From NCBI GenBank assembly GCA_050949315.1, contig JBMNFL010000001.1, forward strand, positions 352,001-416,000: a stretch of DNA of 64,000 nt, read 5' to 3'. The notes under the pieces were generated by a model, which was not told the DNA's origin, did no database searches, and saw only the letters and a list, made by a program, of their open reading frames with translations. Both the position numbers and the translations under genes were made by a program. This document shows, one piece after another, positions 37,803 through 48,743 of the stretch (position 1 is its first letter; every line of letters starts with the position of its first letter). The DNA is from Bacilli bacterium (GTDB lineage: Bacteria > Bacillota_I > Bacilli_A > RFN20 > UBA1709).

Positions 37803-39179
37803 TTACCCCCTACCACCAACGGTGATATTCCTAACCCGCAAACAAGGTTGTCCAACATCAACAGGAATTGAGCCACTCACACTCCCACACATACCCTGGG
37901 CGCGCTTTAGGTTACTACCAATCATATCAATATTGAAAAGAATCTCATTGCCCTTACCAACTAAAGATGCTCCTTTAACCGGACGAGATAGCTTGCCATT
38001 TTTAATTAGATAACCTTCAGAAACCGAGAAATTAAATTCCCCAGTAATGGGATTAACACTGCCACCACCCATCTTCTTGGCATAAAGACCATACTTAGTA
38101 GCCTTGATCATCTCTTCAACCGTAGAGGTTCCTTGGGCGATATAGGTGTTAGACATTCTACTAGTTGGGGCCAGTTTATAACTTTCCCTACGGCAGCAAC
38201 CATTGGCTTTTTCTTTCATCCGCCTGCCGTTTTGACTATCGACAAGATAACTATTTAAAACACCATTTTTAATCAGGGTGGTTTTTTGGGTGGGATTACC
38301 CTCATCATCAATACTAGCACTACCCCAGCCATACTCAATGGTCCCATCATCAATGGCTGTTACGATGTCACTAGCAATCTTTTGACCCTTTTTACCACAA
38401 AAAACCGATAAACCCTTAGCAACCGAGGTGGCTTCTAAGGAATGGCCACAAGCTTCGTGGAAAACAACTCCACCAAAACCATTTTCTAAAACTACATCCA
38501 TCTTCCTTGAGGGACACTCACGCGCTTTCAAGGTAGTGATGGCGGATTTAGCCACTGATTTAGCAATCTCTTTTAAATCAATCGTCTCAAAAAACTCATA
38601 GCCTTGATTGGCTCCTGGTCCTTCAAAGGCCATCTCCATTTGGCCATCTTTACTAGCGACCGCTAGAATGCCTAAGCGCACCCGAAAGCGTCTATCGTTA
38701 GTCCAAAGGCCATCGCTATTGATAATTAGAACTCGTTGATCGGTATCAACTAAACTTATCTCTACTTTAGAAATCAATTTGTTGCGACCTTTACAGGCCT
38801 TATAAACCTTGGTCATCAAACGACTGCGATAGGCGTTAGAAACCTTGGTCTTTTGATAATTAAAACCCTGATGTTCTTTAATTTCAAAACCCTCTACTCT
38901 TTTACAGCGCTTGCCTTCATAACAAGCACTTAAATCGCTGGCTAAACGCATAAGACCCATTGGGCTTACATCATTGGTATAGCCATAAACAGCCTGTAAA
39001 TCTTTTAAGATTCTTAAACCAATGCCGGTGACTAAAGAACTACTGGCTTCATTAATGACCGCATCTTCGCGTTTAACGGCCACATTTCTAATAGTTGATT
39101 CACAGAAAAGCTCGGCATAGTCTCCTCCTGTGGCTAAGGCTTTATTTAAAACTTTCTTAGCTAAGGTTTTAGTAATCAT
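37803..39179 (-). CDS. tldD: TldD metalloprotease
   Basis: FHEACGHSLE metal motif, DDEG, RMSNT, and C-terminal GMCG...PV..GQP. Confidence 0.93.
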   Translation of the reverse strand: MITKTLAKKVLNKALATGGDYAELFCESTIRNVAVKREDAVINEASSSLVTGIGLRILKDLQAVYGYTNDVSPMGLMRLASDLSACYEGKRCKRVEGFEIKEHQGFNYQKTKVSNAYRSRLMTKVYKACKGRNKLISKVEISLVDTDQRVLIINSDGLWTNDRRFRVRLGILAVASKDGQMEMAFEGPGANQGYEFFETIDLKEIAKSVAKSAITTLKARECPSRKMDVVLENGFGGVVFHEACGHSLEATSVAKGLSVFCGKKGQKIASDIVTAIDDGTIEYGWGSASIDDEGNPTQKTTLIKNGVLNSYLVDSQNGRRMKEKANGCCRRESYKLAPTSRMSNTYIAQGTSTVEEMIKATKYGLYAKKMGGGSVNPITGEFNFSVSEGYLIKNGKLSRPVKGASLVGKGNEILFNIDMIGSNLKRAQGMCGSVSGSIPVDVGQPCLRVRNITVGGRG

Positions 39180-39369
39180 ATCTTCACCCTCTTTATTTTA
39201 CTCTATACTCTTAATTATAAGAATTTATCAGTTTTACACAAGTCAAAGACTTGTAAAGTTTTATTGATAAACTTCGCTTTTAAAGATAATTATTCCTAAT
39301 TCAAGGGAAAATTTGCGTTTTATTTAGGGCTTATTGTATAATTAGTTATTGGTAAAAGGGGGCTATATT

Positions 39370-39927
39370 ATGGCAAACTTAAAGTGTTTAGAAAACTTTG
39401 TTCCCAGTGAAGGCAATGTCTATAGTGAAGCCGAAATGCGGAATATCAATATTAAGATTTTAAAGGAAAGAGGCGTTTCGGTTGATGACATCGCTCAACT
39501 ATCCTATTGGGCGCAAAGTAAGTATTTAGATTCCTTAACCATTGAAGAAATGCGGGAATCAGTACTGGAGATCCTTGGAAAAAGAGATCAGTTTCATGCG
39601 ATTTTATTAGGGGTCCAAATTGATGTTTTAGCTGAAAAAGGTATGTTAGATAATCCTTTGTTAAATATCTTAACCCACGATTTAGGACTCTTTGGTTTAG
39701 ATGAGGCGATTGCTATCTCTATCGCTGGTAACTACGGACAGATAGGTGTTACTAATTTTGGTAATATGGATGTCAATAAACCTGGGAAAATAAGTCTACT
39801 GCAGAAAGATAAAAACCGCTGCAATTGCTTCCTTGATGATATTGTCGGCGCCATTGCCGCTGTCGCGGCTATTCGGGTCGCTCAAAGGCATGCTATTGCA
39901 AAAGCTACTGGACAATTAAATATCTAA
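39370..39927 (+). CDS. Phosphatidylglycerophosphatase A-like protein (YutG type)
   Basis: LKERGV...DIA, GLFGLDE, YG.IG.TNFG..D..KPG and FLDDIVGAIAA motifs. Confidence 0.85.
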   Translation: MANLKCLENFVPSEGNVYSEAEMRNINIKILKERGVSVDDIAQLSYWAQSKYLDSLTIEEMRESVLEILGKRDQFHAILLGVQIDVLAEKGMLDNPLLNILTHDLGLFGLDEAIAISIAGNYGQIGVTNFGNMDVNKPGKISLLQKDKNRCNCFLDDIVGAIAAVAAIRVAQRHAIAKATGQLNI

Positions 39928-39983
39928 CACCCTATAGGGTGTTTTTTATTTTAGATATAAAAAGAGTTGACTTAATCAACTCT
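39926..39983. terminator. Two hairpins terminating the convergent pgpA-like gene and lysS
   Basis: AACACCCTATAGGGTGTT plus T-run; AGAGTTGA-CTTAA-TCAACTCT with an A-run on its left. Confidence 0.7.
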
Positions 39984-39992
39984 CCTTACTTT

Positions 39993-41486
39993 TTATTTCA
40001 AAGGACGCATAGTCGGGAACAGAAGAACTTCCCGAATGGAATTAACTTGACAGAGCAACATAACTAAGCGATCAATACCAATGCCTATGCCCCCGCAAGG
40101 TGGCATACCATATTCTAAAGCCTCTATATAATCATTATCGACTTGGTTAGCTTCTTCGTTACCGAGTTCCCGCTCTTTTAATTGTTGTTCAAAGCGTTCC
40201 CTCTGATCTAAAGGATCATTGAGTTCACTAAAGGCATTGGCATATTCATGCCCTAAGATAAAGAGTTCAAAGCGTTCAGTATAACGCGGATCTTTACTCT
40301 TCTTAGCTAAGGGACTAATCTCAATAGGATGACCGGTTAAAAAAGTGGGTTGAATTAAACTTTTCTCACCATACTCTTCAAAGAAGAGATTTAAGATATG
40401 ACCGACAGAATAATGATGCTTCTCAACACTTAGCTTGTGTTCTTCTGCTAACTTTCTTGCCTCTTCAAAATCGGTGATCTTGCTAAAATCAATTCCGCAT
40501 TGTTCCTTAACTAACTCAACCATCGATATTCTTCTAAAAGGCTTACTAAAATCAATAGTTACCTCATCTTTAGTAATAATAGTGGTGCCTAAAACATCTT
40601 GACAAACATATCTAATTAGACCCTCGGCTAAATCCATCATCCCATACATATCACTATAGGCTTGATAGGCCTCAATTGAGGTAAACTCTGGATTATGCTT
40701 AGTATCCATACCTTCATTTCTAAATAGGCGGCCGATTTCATAAACTTTCTCTAAACCACCCACAATTAAACGCTTTAGGGGTAGTTCTGTAGCAATTCTT
40801 AAATAAAAGTCCATATCTAAGGTGTTGTGATGGGTGATGAAAGGCCGAGCATTCGCTCCCCCTAAAATGGCTTGTAAAACTGGAGTTTCAACCTCAACAA
40901 AACCTTGGCCATCCATATATCTTTGAATTGAGCGGATGATTTTTGGTCTTAATAAGGCACAGCGCTTAGCCTCTTCATTCATGATTAAATCAAGATAACG
41001 ACGGCGGTAGCGCTCTTCAACATCGGTTAGACCATGAAACTTTTCGGGTAAAGGCTTAAAAGCCTTGGCTAAGTGGGTATAGGTAGTAGCCCGCACCGAT
41101 AGTTCACCTGTTCTTGTCCGCATAATCGTACCACTGACACCGATGATGTCCCCAATATCACTCTGCTTAAAAACATTGGTGAAAACTTCTTCGCCAACTA
41201 CATCTTTACGTAGGTAAACTTGAATTTTGCCACCCAAATCTTGAAGCGTCAAAAAAGCGACTTTCCCCATATCGCGAATCATCATAATCCGACCAGCAAT
41301 AGTTACTTGATGGCTGGCTTTATCAAGTTCTTCATGACTCTTGTCACCAAACTCTTCTCGTAATTTGCTGGATAAATGGGTTCTTTCAAATCTTTGACCA
41401 AAAGGTTCAATCCCTAGTTTGATTAATTTATTTACTTTTTCTCTTCTAACTATTTCTTGATCAGACAAGTTTTGTTCATTCGCCAT
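39993..41486 (-). CDS. lysS: Lysine--tRNA ligase (class II)
   Basis: [19 protein letters not shown] and EYGMPP.GG.GIGIDRL motifs; start ATG 41486 after GAGGTG. Confidence 0.98.
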   Translation of the reverse strand: MANEQNLSDQEIVRREKVNKLIKLGIEPFGQRFERTHLSSKLREEFGDKSHEELDKASHQVTIAGRIMMIRDMGKVAFLTLQDLGGKIQVYLRKDVVGEEVFTNVFKQSDIGDIIGVSGTIMRTRTGELSVRATTYTHLAKAFKPLPEKFHGLTDVEERYRRRYLDLIMNEEAKRCALLRPKIIRSIQRYMDGQGFVEVETPVLQAILGGANARPFITHHNTLDMDFYLRIATELPLKRLIVGGLEKVYEIGRLFRNEGMDTKHNPEFTSIEAYQAYSDMYGMMDLAEGLIRYVCQDVLGTTIITKDEVTIDFSKPFRRISMVELVKEQCGIDFSKITDFEEARKLAEEHKLSVEKHHYSVGHILNLFFEEYGEKSLIQPTFLTGHPIEISPLAKKSKDPRYTERFELFILGHEYANAFSELNDPLDQRERFEQQLKERELGNEEANQVDNDYIEALEYGMPPCGGIGIGIDRLVMLLCQVNSIREVLLFPTMRPLK

Positions 41487-41678
41487 AATTAAACACCTCA
41501 TTCTTGGTAGCAAGGAAAATTTTAACCTAAAAATGCAAAAAATTCAACCGCTAGCCCGACTTTTCTTCCTAAAAAGCCTTGACTTTTACCTTTTTATGCC
41601 AAACGACGAAAAACATTATTGTTTTTTATTCTTTTTTTGGGCAATTTATGCTATTATGTTCTCATTGGAGTTGATAAT

Positions 41679-42812
41679 ATGCTAAATACCGAACTAGCGC
41701 AAAGAATTGTTAATTCAGTTATCCCCATCATTAACTGCAATGTTAATGTTTTTGACAAGCAAGGGGTAATTATCGGCAGTGGTGACAAGGAAAGAATTGG
41801 TCAAGTACATGCCATCGCTAAAGAGATAATCTCTTCTCCGGCCTTTGCTAAAAGTTATGGCATTATCCAAGAAGCTAAAATCATCAATGGCACCATGGTC
41901 CATCCTGGTGTTAACTTACCTATCTATCTTAATAATGAAGTGATTGGAGCCATCGGGGTTACCGGTAATCCCAGCCAAGTTTTAAACTACGCTAGATTAA
42001 TTCAACAAACCGCTGAACTGCTGGTTTGGAAAGAGATCACCTCTAACAGCATTGAATTAAAAAGAATGTTAAGCTATGAATTTGTGACTGCCATTTTGGA
42101 ACACAAAGACTTAAGCAGTGGTTTGACTAGCAGCATTAAGAACCTACAAATTGATTATGAAAACTTCCATTACTGTACCTTAATTGAATTAGAATCTAAT
42201 CAAAATATCATCAACGAAATTGATGCGATTTTTAAGTTTTTACCAAAGGCCGCTATCGGTAAGGATGATAGATATATCATCGTCTTTACCAATCGCAAAG
42301 TTGATTTTAACAAATTAAAAAGTGGTTCTGCTGGTAACTTTAACTTCTATACTGGTTGTCGCGTGGATAACTGGATGGATCTTGACAAGTCTTTAACCGT
42401 GGCTAAGGCCAAGGCTTTATTCCATAAAGAAGCCCCTAGTAGTCGCTATAAAGAAAGCAATGGGGCGCTTGCAGTCATCATCAATTATCTAGAAAACCCT
42501 TATCTTTATCTACCTGATTTAAAAAAATACAGCAGGATGGCCCAAAAGAAAAATCTCTTAGAAACTCATGAAGCTTATATTCACTTTAATGGGGCCATTA
42601 AAGAAATCTGTGAGAAGCTAGATATCCATCGCAACACCATTATCTATCGTCTGCAACGCATTAAAGAAATAACTGGACTTGATGTTAGAAAAAGCGAAGA
42701 TAGTTTCCGCTTGTTCTCTTTACACATCATCTATCAGGTGATGGATAAGGAAGAGAAAAATGCGCTTTTAAAAGGTAAAACTAATAAAAAAGTGGGTGAT
42801 CAAAATGATTAA
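41679..42812 (+). CDS. CdaR-family regulator (sugar-diacid recognition plus PucR-type HTH)
   Basis: LAQRIV...NVNVFD..G.IIGSGD.ERIG..H, PGVNLPI, and IHRNTIIYRLQRI.EITG motifs. Confidence 0.9.
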   Translation: MLNTELAQRIVNSVIPIINCNVNVFDKQGVIIGSGDKERIGQVHAIAKEIISSPAFAKSYGIIQEAKIINGTMVHPGVNLPIYLNNEVIGAIGVTGNPSQVLNYARLIQQTAELLVWKEITSNSIELKRMLSYEFVTAILEHKDLSSGLTSSIKNLQIDYENFHYCTLIELESNQNIINEIDAIFKFLPKAAIGKDDRYIIVFTNRKVDFNKLKSGSAGNFNFYTGCRVDNWMDLDKSLTVAKAKALFHKEAPSSRYKESNGALAVIINYLENPYLYLPDLKKYSRMAQKKNLLETHEAYIHFNGAIKEICEKLDIHRNTIIYRLQRIKEITGLDVRKSEDSFRLFSLHIIYQVMDKEEKNALLKGKTNKKVGDQND

Positions 42813-43491
42813 ATTAGTCTTAGTTCGCCATGGTCAAAGCACCTGGAATTTTGAAAATCGCTTCACGGGTTGGACCGATGTTGGTCTAACCAAAAAAGGT
42901 GAAGAAGAAGCGGATGAGGCTGGAGAAATTCTCCTTAAAAACGGGTACATTTTTGATATCGCCTATACCTCACTACTCAAAAGGGCAAAGATTACTTTAA
43001 CTAGAATTTTAAAGGTTTTAAAACAAAAACCTAACATCTATTGTTCTTGGCGTTTAAATGAACGGCACTATGGAGCCTTACAGGGCTTAAACAAAAAAGA
43101 AACGATTTTAAAATACGGTAGTGAACAAGTGCGCTTGTGGCGTAGGAGTGCGGAAGTTCGCCCACCAGCTCTAAGTTTAGAAGATGCGCGTCATCCCTCA
43201 AATAGTCCACTTTATAAGGATCTTGATAAAGACTTATTACCCTGCACTGAGAATTTATTAGATACCGCTAAACGTGTCCTCCCTTACTGGGATTTGGAAA
43301 TAAAACCCCACTTATTAGATGGCAAAAGAATTATCATTGTCGCTCATGGCAATAGTTTAAGAGCCCTAGTCATGCATCTAGAGAAACTCGATTCTAAAAA
43401 GATAATGGAAGTCGAGATCCCTACTGGTAAACCCTTGGTCTATGAACTGGATGAAAAACTAGCCGTTCTTAAAAAATATTATCTTAGTTAG
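42805..43491 (+). CDS. gpmA: 2,3-BPG-dependent phosphoglycerate mutase
   Basis: LVRHGQSTWN, RLNERHYGALQG and AHGNSLRAL motifs. Confidence 0.97.
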   Translation: MIKLVLVRHGQSTWNFENRFTGWTDVGLTKKGEEEADEAGEILLKNGYIFDIAYTSLLKRAKITLTRILKVLKQKPNIYCSWRLNERHYGALQGLNKKETILKYGSEQVRLWRRSAEVRPPALSLEDARHPSNSPLYKDLDKDLLPCTENLLDTAKRVLPYWDLEIKPHLLDGKRIIIVAHGNSLRALVMHLEKLDSKKIMEVEIPTGKPLVYELDEKLAVLKKYYLS

Positions 43492-43515
43492 AAGTCACTC
43501 CGGTGACTTTTTTTT
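43492..43515 (+). terminator. Terminator after gpmA
   Basis: AAGTCAC-TCCG-GTGACTT plus long T-run. Confidence 0.8.
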
Positions 43516-43534
43516 AGAACTTTTTCAAAAAAGA

Positions 43535-43608
43535 TTGACAGGCTGTCTAATTGTTTTTATAATGCATATGTTTAGATATACTAAACTTGGAGTTTAATAT
43601 TATTAACT
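43535..43608 (+). promoter_or_regulatory. Consensus promoter plus putative operators of the polyamine operon
   Basis: TTGACA-17-TATAAT (43535-43563); palindrome GTTTAG-ATATA-CTAAAC (43570-43586) and a related imperfect copy at 43591-43608. Confidence 0.75.
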
Positions 43609-43631
43609 CTGTTAAATAAAGGAGGTTGATT

Positions 43632-44165
43632 ATGAAAATCGGACCAAAACTTAAAGAACTACGCTTACTGTGTAAGCTCACCCAGGCAGAACTTGCCGAT
43701 CGCTGTGAACTCACTAAGGGCTACATTTCACAGTTAGAAAATGATTTGACTAGCCCCTCAATCTCCACCCTAACCGATATCTTAATAACCCTAGGGACGA
43801 ACTTACGGGAATTCTTTGCCGAAGAAGAAGTAGAACCCGTAGTTTTTAGAAAACAGGACTACTTTGAAAAGGAAAACGATGGTCATAAAATAACTTGGCT
43901 AATCCCCAGTAGTCAAAAAAACGAAATGGAACCTATTATGCTAGAACTAGCGCCTGGCATGACAACTGTCTTAGACATGCCCCATGAAGGTCAAGAATTT
44001 GGTTATGTTTTAGAAGGTAAAATTCAATTATTTATCAATAAAAATCGTTATATTGTGAAAAAAGGTGAATCTTTTTATTACAGTACCGATAAACCCCATT
44101 ATCTAAAGAATCATGGTGACAAAGTGGCTAAGGTCCTTTGGATTTCTAGCCCACCCAACTTTTAG
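43632..44165 (+). CDS. XRE/cupin transcriptional regulator (PuuR-like)
   Basis: HTH TQ.ELA.RC.LTKGYISQLE plus cupin HEGQEFGYVLEG; heads potABCD. Confidence 0.9.
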   Translation: MKIGPKLKELRLLCKLTQAELADRCELTKGYISQLENDLTSPSISTLTDILITLGTNLREFFAEEEVEPVVFRKQDYFEKENDGHKITWLIPSSQKNEMEPIMLELAPGMTTVLDMPHEGQEFGYVLEGKIQLFINKNRYIVKKGESFYYSTDKPHYLKNHGDKVAKVLWISSPPNF

Positions 44166-44177
44166 GAGGCCAAAATC

Positions 44178-45689
44178 ATGAAAGAACCAATTATTATTGA
44201 ACTACGTAATGTTTCTAAAGTTTTCGGCGACATGACCGCGGTGGATGACATCAACTTAGCCATTAAAAAGGGAGAGTTTGTAACCCTTTTAGGGCCCTCG
44301 GGTTGTGGTAAGAGTACCACGCTACGCATGATTGCCGGTTTTGACATGCCTACTCAAGGTCAAATTTTCTTAAATGGGGAGGATATTACTAATCTACCCC
44401 CTTACCAAAGGCCCGTTAATACCGTTTTCCAACGCTACGCCCTTTTCCCCTATCTTGATGTCTATGATAATATCGCCTTTGGCTTAAAACTCAAGAAGAT
44501 TAAGGAAAAGGTTATCGACCGCCATGGTCAAGAAGTGGAAGTTACTCGCAAATTAACACAGGAAGAAATTGATGATAAGGTCACTAAAGCCTTAAAGATG
44601 GTGGATTTAGAAGAGTTTGAGTGGCGGGATATCGCCACCCTTTCTGGTGGTCAACAACAAAGGGTCGCTATCGCAAGAGCTATTGTCAATGAACCGGAAA
44701 TCCTCTTACTTGATGAGCCTTTAGGGGCTTTAGACTTAAAGATGCGCCAAGAGATGCAACTAGAACTCAAAGACATGCATAAAAAACTAGGTATTACCTT
44801 TATCTATGTTACCCACGATCAAGAAGAAGCTTTAACGATGTCGGATACCATAGTGGTTATGAAGGATGGGATGATTCAACAGATCGGTAGTCCCGTCGAT
44901 GTTTATAATGAACCCAAGAATGCCTTTGTGGCGGACTTTATTGGGGAATCAAATATCTATAATGCCACTTATCTAGGCGATAAAAAGGTGCGCTTTTTAG
45001 GTCAAGTTTTTACTTGTGTCGATGACTTTGAGAAAAACGAAAAAGTTGATGTTGTCATACGACCTGAAGATATTCGTCTCTGTCCAGCCTCTGAGGGCAT
45101 GGTTGTTGGTAAGATAATCAGTAAGATCTTTAAAGGTGTGCATTATGAATACACCATGATGGTCGGTAAAAATGAAGTGATAATTCAGGATACTCGTGAT
45201 ATCCCTGAAATGGATAAAATCGGTATTACTATCGCTCCTGATATGATACATATCATGAAGAAGGTTATCACAGAGAATATTTATCTAGGTCATATTGATA
45301 AAAACAATAATGTTTGCTTCGCAAACGGGGTTTTTGAAGCCGATATCACTCAATTACTGCAAGACTCAAGGGTGGACGAGGATGGCTATTTAGTTGACGC
45401 TAAAGGCCTAAAATACGACCTAACTGATGTCGATGTTCAAGTCAGCATTGACTTGAATGCAATTGATATTATTGATAATGAAGAAGATGGCGAGGTAGCG
45501 GGAGAAATCGTCAGTATCATCTATAAGGGTGACCATTATCAAGTTATCGTTCGCACTAGCGATGAAGAAGACTTTGTCGTGGACACAGAATATAGCTGGA
45601 ATGAACATGACCGTGTCAGTGTCAATATTGCTAAAAAAGACATCCGGCTAAAATTAAAAGGCGATATCAAGGACCATGTCAAAGCTTAG
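44178..45689 (+). CDS. potA: Spermidine/putrescine ABC transporter ATPase with extended C-terminus
   Basis: [28 protein letters not shown] and TOBE-like domains. Confidence 0.93.
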   Translation: MKEPIIIELRNVSKVFGDMTAVDDINLAIKKGEFVTLLGPSGCGKSTTLRMIAGFDMPTQGQIFLNGEDITNLPPYQRPVNTVFQRYALFPYLDVYDNIAFGLKLKKIKEKVIDRHGQEVEVTRKLTQEEIDDKVTKALKMVDLEEFEWRDIATLSGGQQQRVAIARAIVNEPEILLLDEPLGALDLKMRQEMQLELKDMHKKLGITFIYVTHDQEEALTMSDTIVVMKDGMIQQIGSPVDVYNEPKNAFVADFIGESNIYNATYLGDKKVRFLGQVFTCVDDFEKNEKVDVVIRPEDIRLCPASEGMVVGKIISKIFKGVHYEYTMMVGKNEVIIQDTRDIPEMDKIGITIAPDMIHIMKKVITENIYLGHIDKNNNVCFANGVFEADITQLLQDSRVDEDGYLVDAKGLKYDLTDVDVQVSIDLNAIDIIDNEEDGEVAGEIVSIIYKGDHYQVIVRTSDEEDFVVDTEYSWNEHDRVSVNIAKKDIRLKLKGDIKDHVKA

Positions 45690-46479
45690 TTTTCGCTTCT
45701 CCCGCAAGTATTTAGCCATACCCTATGCTGTCTTCCTCTTATGCTTTATCATTGTACCCCTACTTTTAATTATCTATTATGCCTTTACTAATGGGGGTGG
45801 GGAATTTAGTCTTAATAATCTCAATAAATTCTTTACCGACCCCACTAAACTCAATGTCTTATTTGTCAGCTTATTAATCGGCTTTATGAATACGGCCATC
45901 TGTTTGATTATTGGTTATCCTCTAGCCTACTTCTTAGCCAGTAAAAGATACAATATCAACAAGATCATGGTCTTGCTTTTCATCATGCCGATGTGGATCA
46001 ACTTTGTCTTAAGAACTGGGGCCACTAGGGATCTATTAGTTTGGATTGGTCTAGGTGGTGGACACTATCCTATCTTAGCCACCATGATCGGTATGGCTTA
46101 TAACTACTTACCCTTTGTCATCTTACCCCTTTATACAACTATGTTAAAAATGGATCAAAGTTTAATTGAGGCCGCCAGTGATTTAGGGGCGACACCCAAG
46201 CAAGTTTTCTTTAAAACGGTAGTGCCCTTATCTTCTCCTGGTATTGTCAGTGCGGCAACCATGGTCTTTATGCCGACGATGTCTTCTTATGTCATAAGCG
46301 ATGTCTTATCAGAAGGTCAGATAATCCTCTTTGGTAACTCTATCTACTTAAACTTTTCCCAGGGTCAATGGAATGATGGTTCCTTTATGGCCTTTGTCTT
46401 ACTAGTGATTATTCTAGTCAGCATGTTATTTACTAAGAATGTCAAAAAAGATGAGGATGCGAGGGGATCAATATGGTAA
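45676..46479 (+). CDS. potB: Spermidine/putrescine ABC permease
   Basis: PMWIN, YLPF.ILP.Y and EAASDLGA motifs. Confidence 0.92.
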   Translation: MSKLSFRFSRKYLAIPYAVFLLCFIIVPLLLIIYYAFTNGGGEFSLNNLNKFFTDPTKLNVLFVSLLIGFMNTAICLIIGYPLAYFLASKRYNINKIMVLLFIMPMWINFVLRTGATRDLLVWIGLGGGHYPILATMIGMAYNYLPFVILPLYTTMLKMDQSLIEAASDLGATPKQVFFKTVVPLSSPGIVSAATMVFMPTMSSYVISDVLSEGQIILFGNSIYLNFSQGQWNDGSFMAFVLLVIILVSMLFTKNVKKDEDARGSIW

Positions 46480-47279
46480 AGAAAATTTTTGTCAAGAGTT
46501 ATGTTTGGCTCTTCTTGCTACTAATGTATCTTCCTATCTTCACTCTCATCGTCTTTAGTTTTACTGAAGCGACCAACGTTGGTGATTGGACCGGCTTTAG
46601 TTTTGGCTTATATGCCAAGCTCTTTAAAGACCAAGAGACGATGGTGGCTCTTAGTAACACGGTATTGATCGCCGTGGTCTCAGCGGTAGTTTCAACCATC
46701 CTTGGTACCCTTGGAGCTATTGGCATCTTCTATTCTAAGAAACGGGCGAAGAATGCCTTAGAGTTAGTAGGACAAATACCGGTGGTTAATCCAGAGATTG
46801 TCATCGCCTTATCCTTAACAATTCTCTTTGTCTTTTTAGGAATTAGGTTTAACTTTCTAACCCTCTTAATCGGTCATGTGGTTTTAACTTTACCCTTTGT
46901 GGTCTTAAGTGTTAGACCGAAATTAATGCAGATGGATCCTAATATCTATGAGGCGGCTTTAGATTTAGGGGCTAGTCCTATCTATGCCTTAAGAAAAGTC
47001 ATTGTCCCCGAAATCTTACCTGGCATCTTCTCAGGCTTTCTATTAGCCATCACTTTATCACTTGATGACTTTATCATTACCGCCTTTACCCGTAATAACT
47101 CTTTCCAAACCTTAAGTACCTTAGTCCAAACTAAAATTAAGAAGGGACCAATTCCTTCTCAATTACGAGCCTTAACTACCATCATCTTCCTTTTAGCCTT
47201 AGTGGTGGTTATTGTTACTAATCTCAATCTTCGCCGACAAAGTGCGAAAATAAGGAGGCAGCAAAAAAATGAAGTTTAA
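46473..47279 (+). CDS. potC: Spermidine/putrescine ABC permease
   Basis: YLPI, EAALDLGA and LSLDDF motifs. Confidence 0.92.
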   Translation: MVKKIFVKSYVWLFLLLMYLPIFTLIVFSFTEATNVGDWTGFSFGLYAKLFKDQETMVALSNTVLIAVVSAVVSTILGTLGAIGIFYSKKRAKNALELVGQIPVVNPEIVIALSLTILFVFLGIRFNFLTLLIGHVVLTLPFVVLSVRPKLMQMDPNIYEAALDLGASPIYALRKVIVPEILPGIFSGFLLAITLSLDDFIITAFTRNNSFQTLSTLVQTKIKKGPIPSQLRALTTIIFLLALVVVIVTNLNLRRQSAKIRRQQKNEV

Positions 47280-48741
47280 AAAAATCCTTACTTTTATTCT
47301 GAGTTCAACTCTCATCGCAAGCTTTAGTCTAAGCTTAACTAAGAAAGAACAAAAACTTTATGCGGAAAACCCTAAAGAAGTTTTAAAAGTCTATAACTGG
47401 GCCGACTACATCTATGATGGTAGCGATCCTCTTTTTGACGATGATGAAAAGGAAATCCCGGGTATTATCGAACAGTTTGAAGCATATTATGCTGAAAAGT
47501 ATCCAGGCAGAACAGTCAGTGTTGAATACGATACCTTTGATACTAACGAAGTGATGTTAAATGAAATTAAAACGGGTAAAACTCAGTATGATTTAATCTG
47601 CCCCAGTGACTATATCATTCAAAGATTAATGGTTGAGGATATGCTTGAAGAAATCGATTTAACTAAAATTCCTAACTATACCCAATATGCCTCTAAGTAT
47701 CTACAGAATTTATTTATCAAGAATGAGTGGGATAAATATGCCTGTGGCTATATGTGGGGGACCGTAGGTCTAACCTATAACCCCGCAACCGTTGATGAAG
47801 AGGATATGAAGACTTGGACCTCTTTATGGTCGGTTGATTATAACAAAAAGATTTTAATTAAAGATAGTTTAAGAGAGACCTATATGGTGGGGGTTATGAA
47901 GGTCTATCGTGGCGAACTCAATAAGGCCAGAGCTAAGTATCAAACTGGTGAATTAAGTGCAGCTGAATACAATGCCATCTTAACCGAGATCTTTAATCGT
48001 CACGATAAAGATACCCTTGAAAAGGTCCAGAAAACCTTAACTAATCTTAAAAAGAATATCTATGGCTTTGAAGTCGATAGTGGCAAGAATGATATTGTCA
48101 CCGGTAAAGTAGATATCAATTTGGCTTGGTCAGGCGATGCCGTCTTTTCGATGGATACCGCTGAAGAAGAAGATGGGGTCTTACTTAATTACTCGGTACC
48201 TGAAGAAGGTAGCAACATCTGGTTTGATGGTTGGTGCTTACCAAAGGGTGCTAAAAAGGAACTAGCCTATGAATTTTTAAACTTTATCTCCCAACCCAGT
48301 ATCGCCTGTCTTAATATGAGCTATATTGGTTATACAAGTTTCATCGCTGGTGATGAGGTCTTAGATATGGTCTGGGATTGGTATGGCGATGAAGAAGGTG
48401 AATATACTGCCGACTTAACTTATTTCTTTGAAAATACTCTTAGTGGGACCTATGATACCAGCAGGATGTTAGTTAAAACTGACACTGTTGGGCGGCAATT
48501 TACGGCCCAATACCCTACCCTAGATATCATCAATAACTGTGCCATCATGGAAGACTTTGGTGAGGGAAATGAAAATGTGGTGGCCATGTGGGAGGCCATA
48601 AGAGCTAATGAAGTTCCCATTTGGTTAATCATTGTAGTCTGTGGTGTTGTGGTTTTAGGAGCAGCGGGTTACGCTTATTATAAATATAGTAAAACCAGAA
48701 ATAGACGGCGTAGAAGAAAGGCAAGCCTTAAGCGCAGTTAA
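47269..48741 (+). CDS. potD: Polyamine-binding protein with C-terminal TM anchor
   Basis: VYNWADYI, PSDY, YMWGTVG, WSGDA and PEEGSNIWFD motifs; C-terminal hydrophobic helix plus Arg-rich tail. Confidence 0.9.
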   Translation: MKFKKILTFILSSTLIASFSLSLTKKEQKLYAENPKEVLKVYNWADYIYDGSDPLFDDDEKEIPGIIEQFEAYYAEKYPGRTVSVEYDTFDTNEVMLNEIKTGKTQYDLICPSDYIIQRLMVEDMLEEIDLTKIPNYTQYASKYLQNLFIKNEWDKYACGYMWGTVGLTYNPATVDEEDMKTWTSLWSVDYNKKILIKDSLRETYMVGVMKVYRGELNKARAKYQTGELSAAEYNAILTEIFNRHDKDTLEKVQKTLTNLKKNIYGFEVDSGKNDIVTGKVDINLAWSGDAVFSMDTAEEEDGVLLNYSVPEEGSNIWFDGWCLPKGAKKELAYEFLNFISQPSIACLNMSYIGYTSFIAGDEVLDMVWDWYGDEEGEYTADLTYFFENTLSGTYDTSRMLVKTDTVGRQFTAQYPTLDIINNCAIMEDFGEGNENVVAMWEAIRANEVPIWLIIVVCGVVVLGAAGYAYYKYSKTRNRRRRRKASLKRS

Positions 48742-48743
48742 AT

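Noticed and set aside
41487-41678. T-box or lysine riboswitch upstream of lysS
   Set aside because: No T-box consensus or terminator seen, and the region is short and shared with the divergent cdaR promoter.
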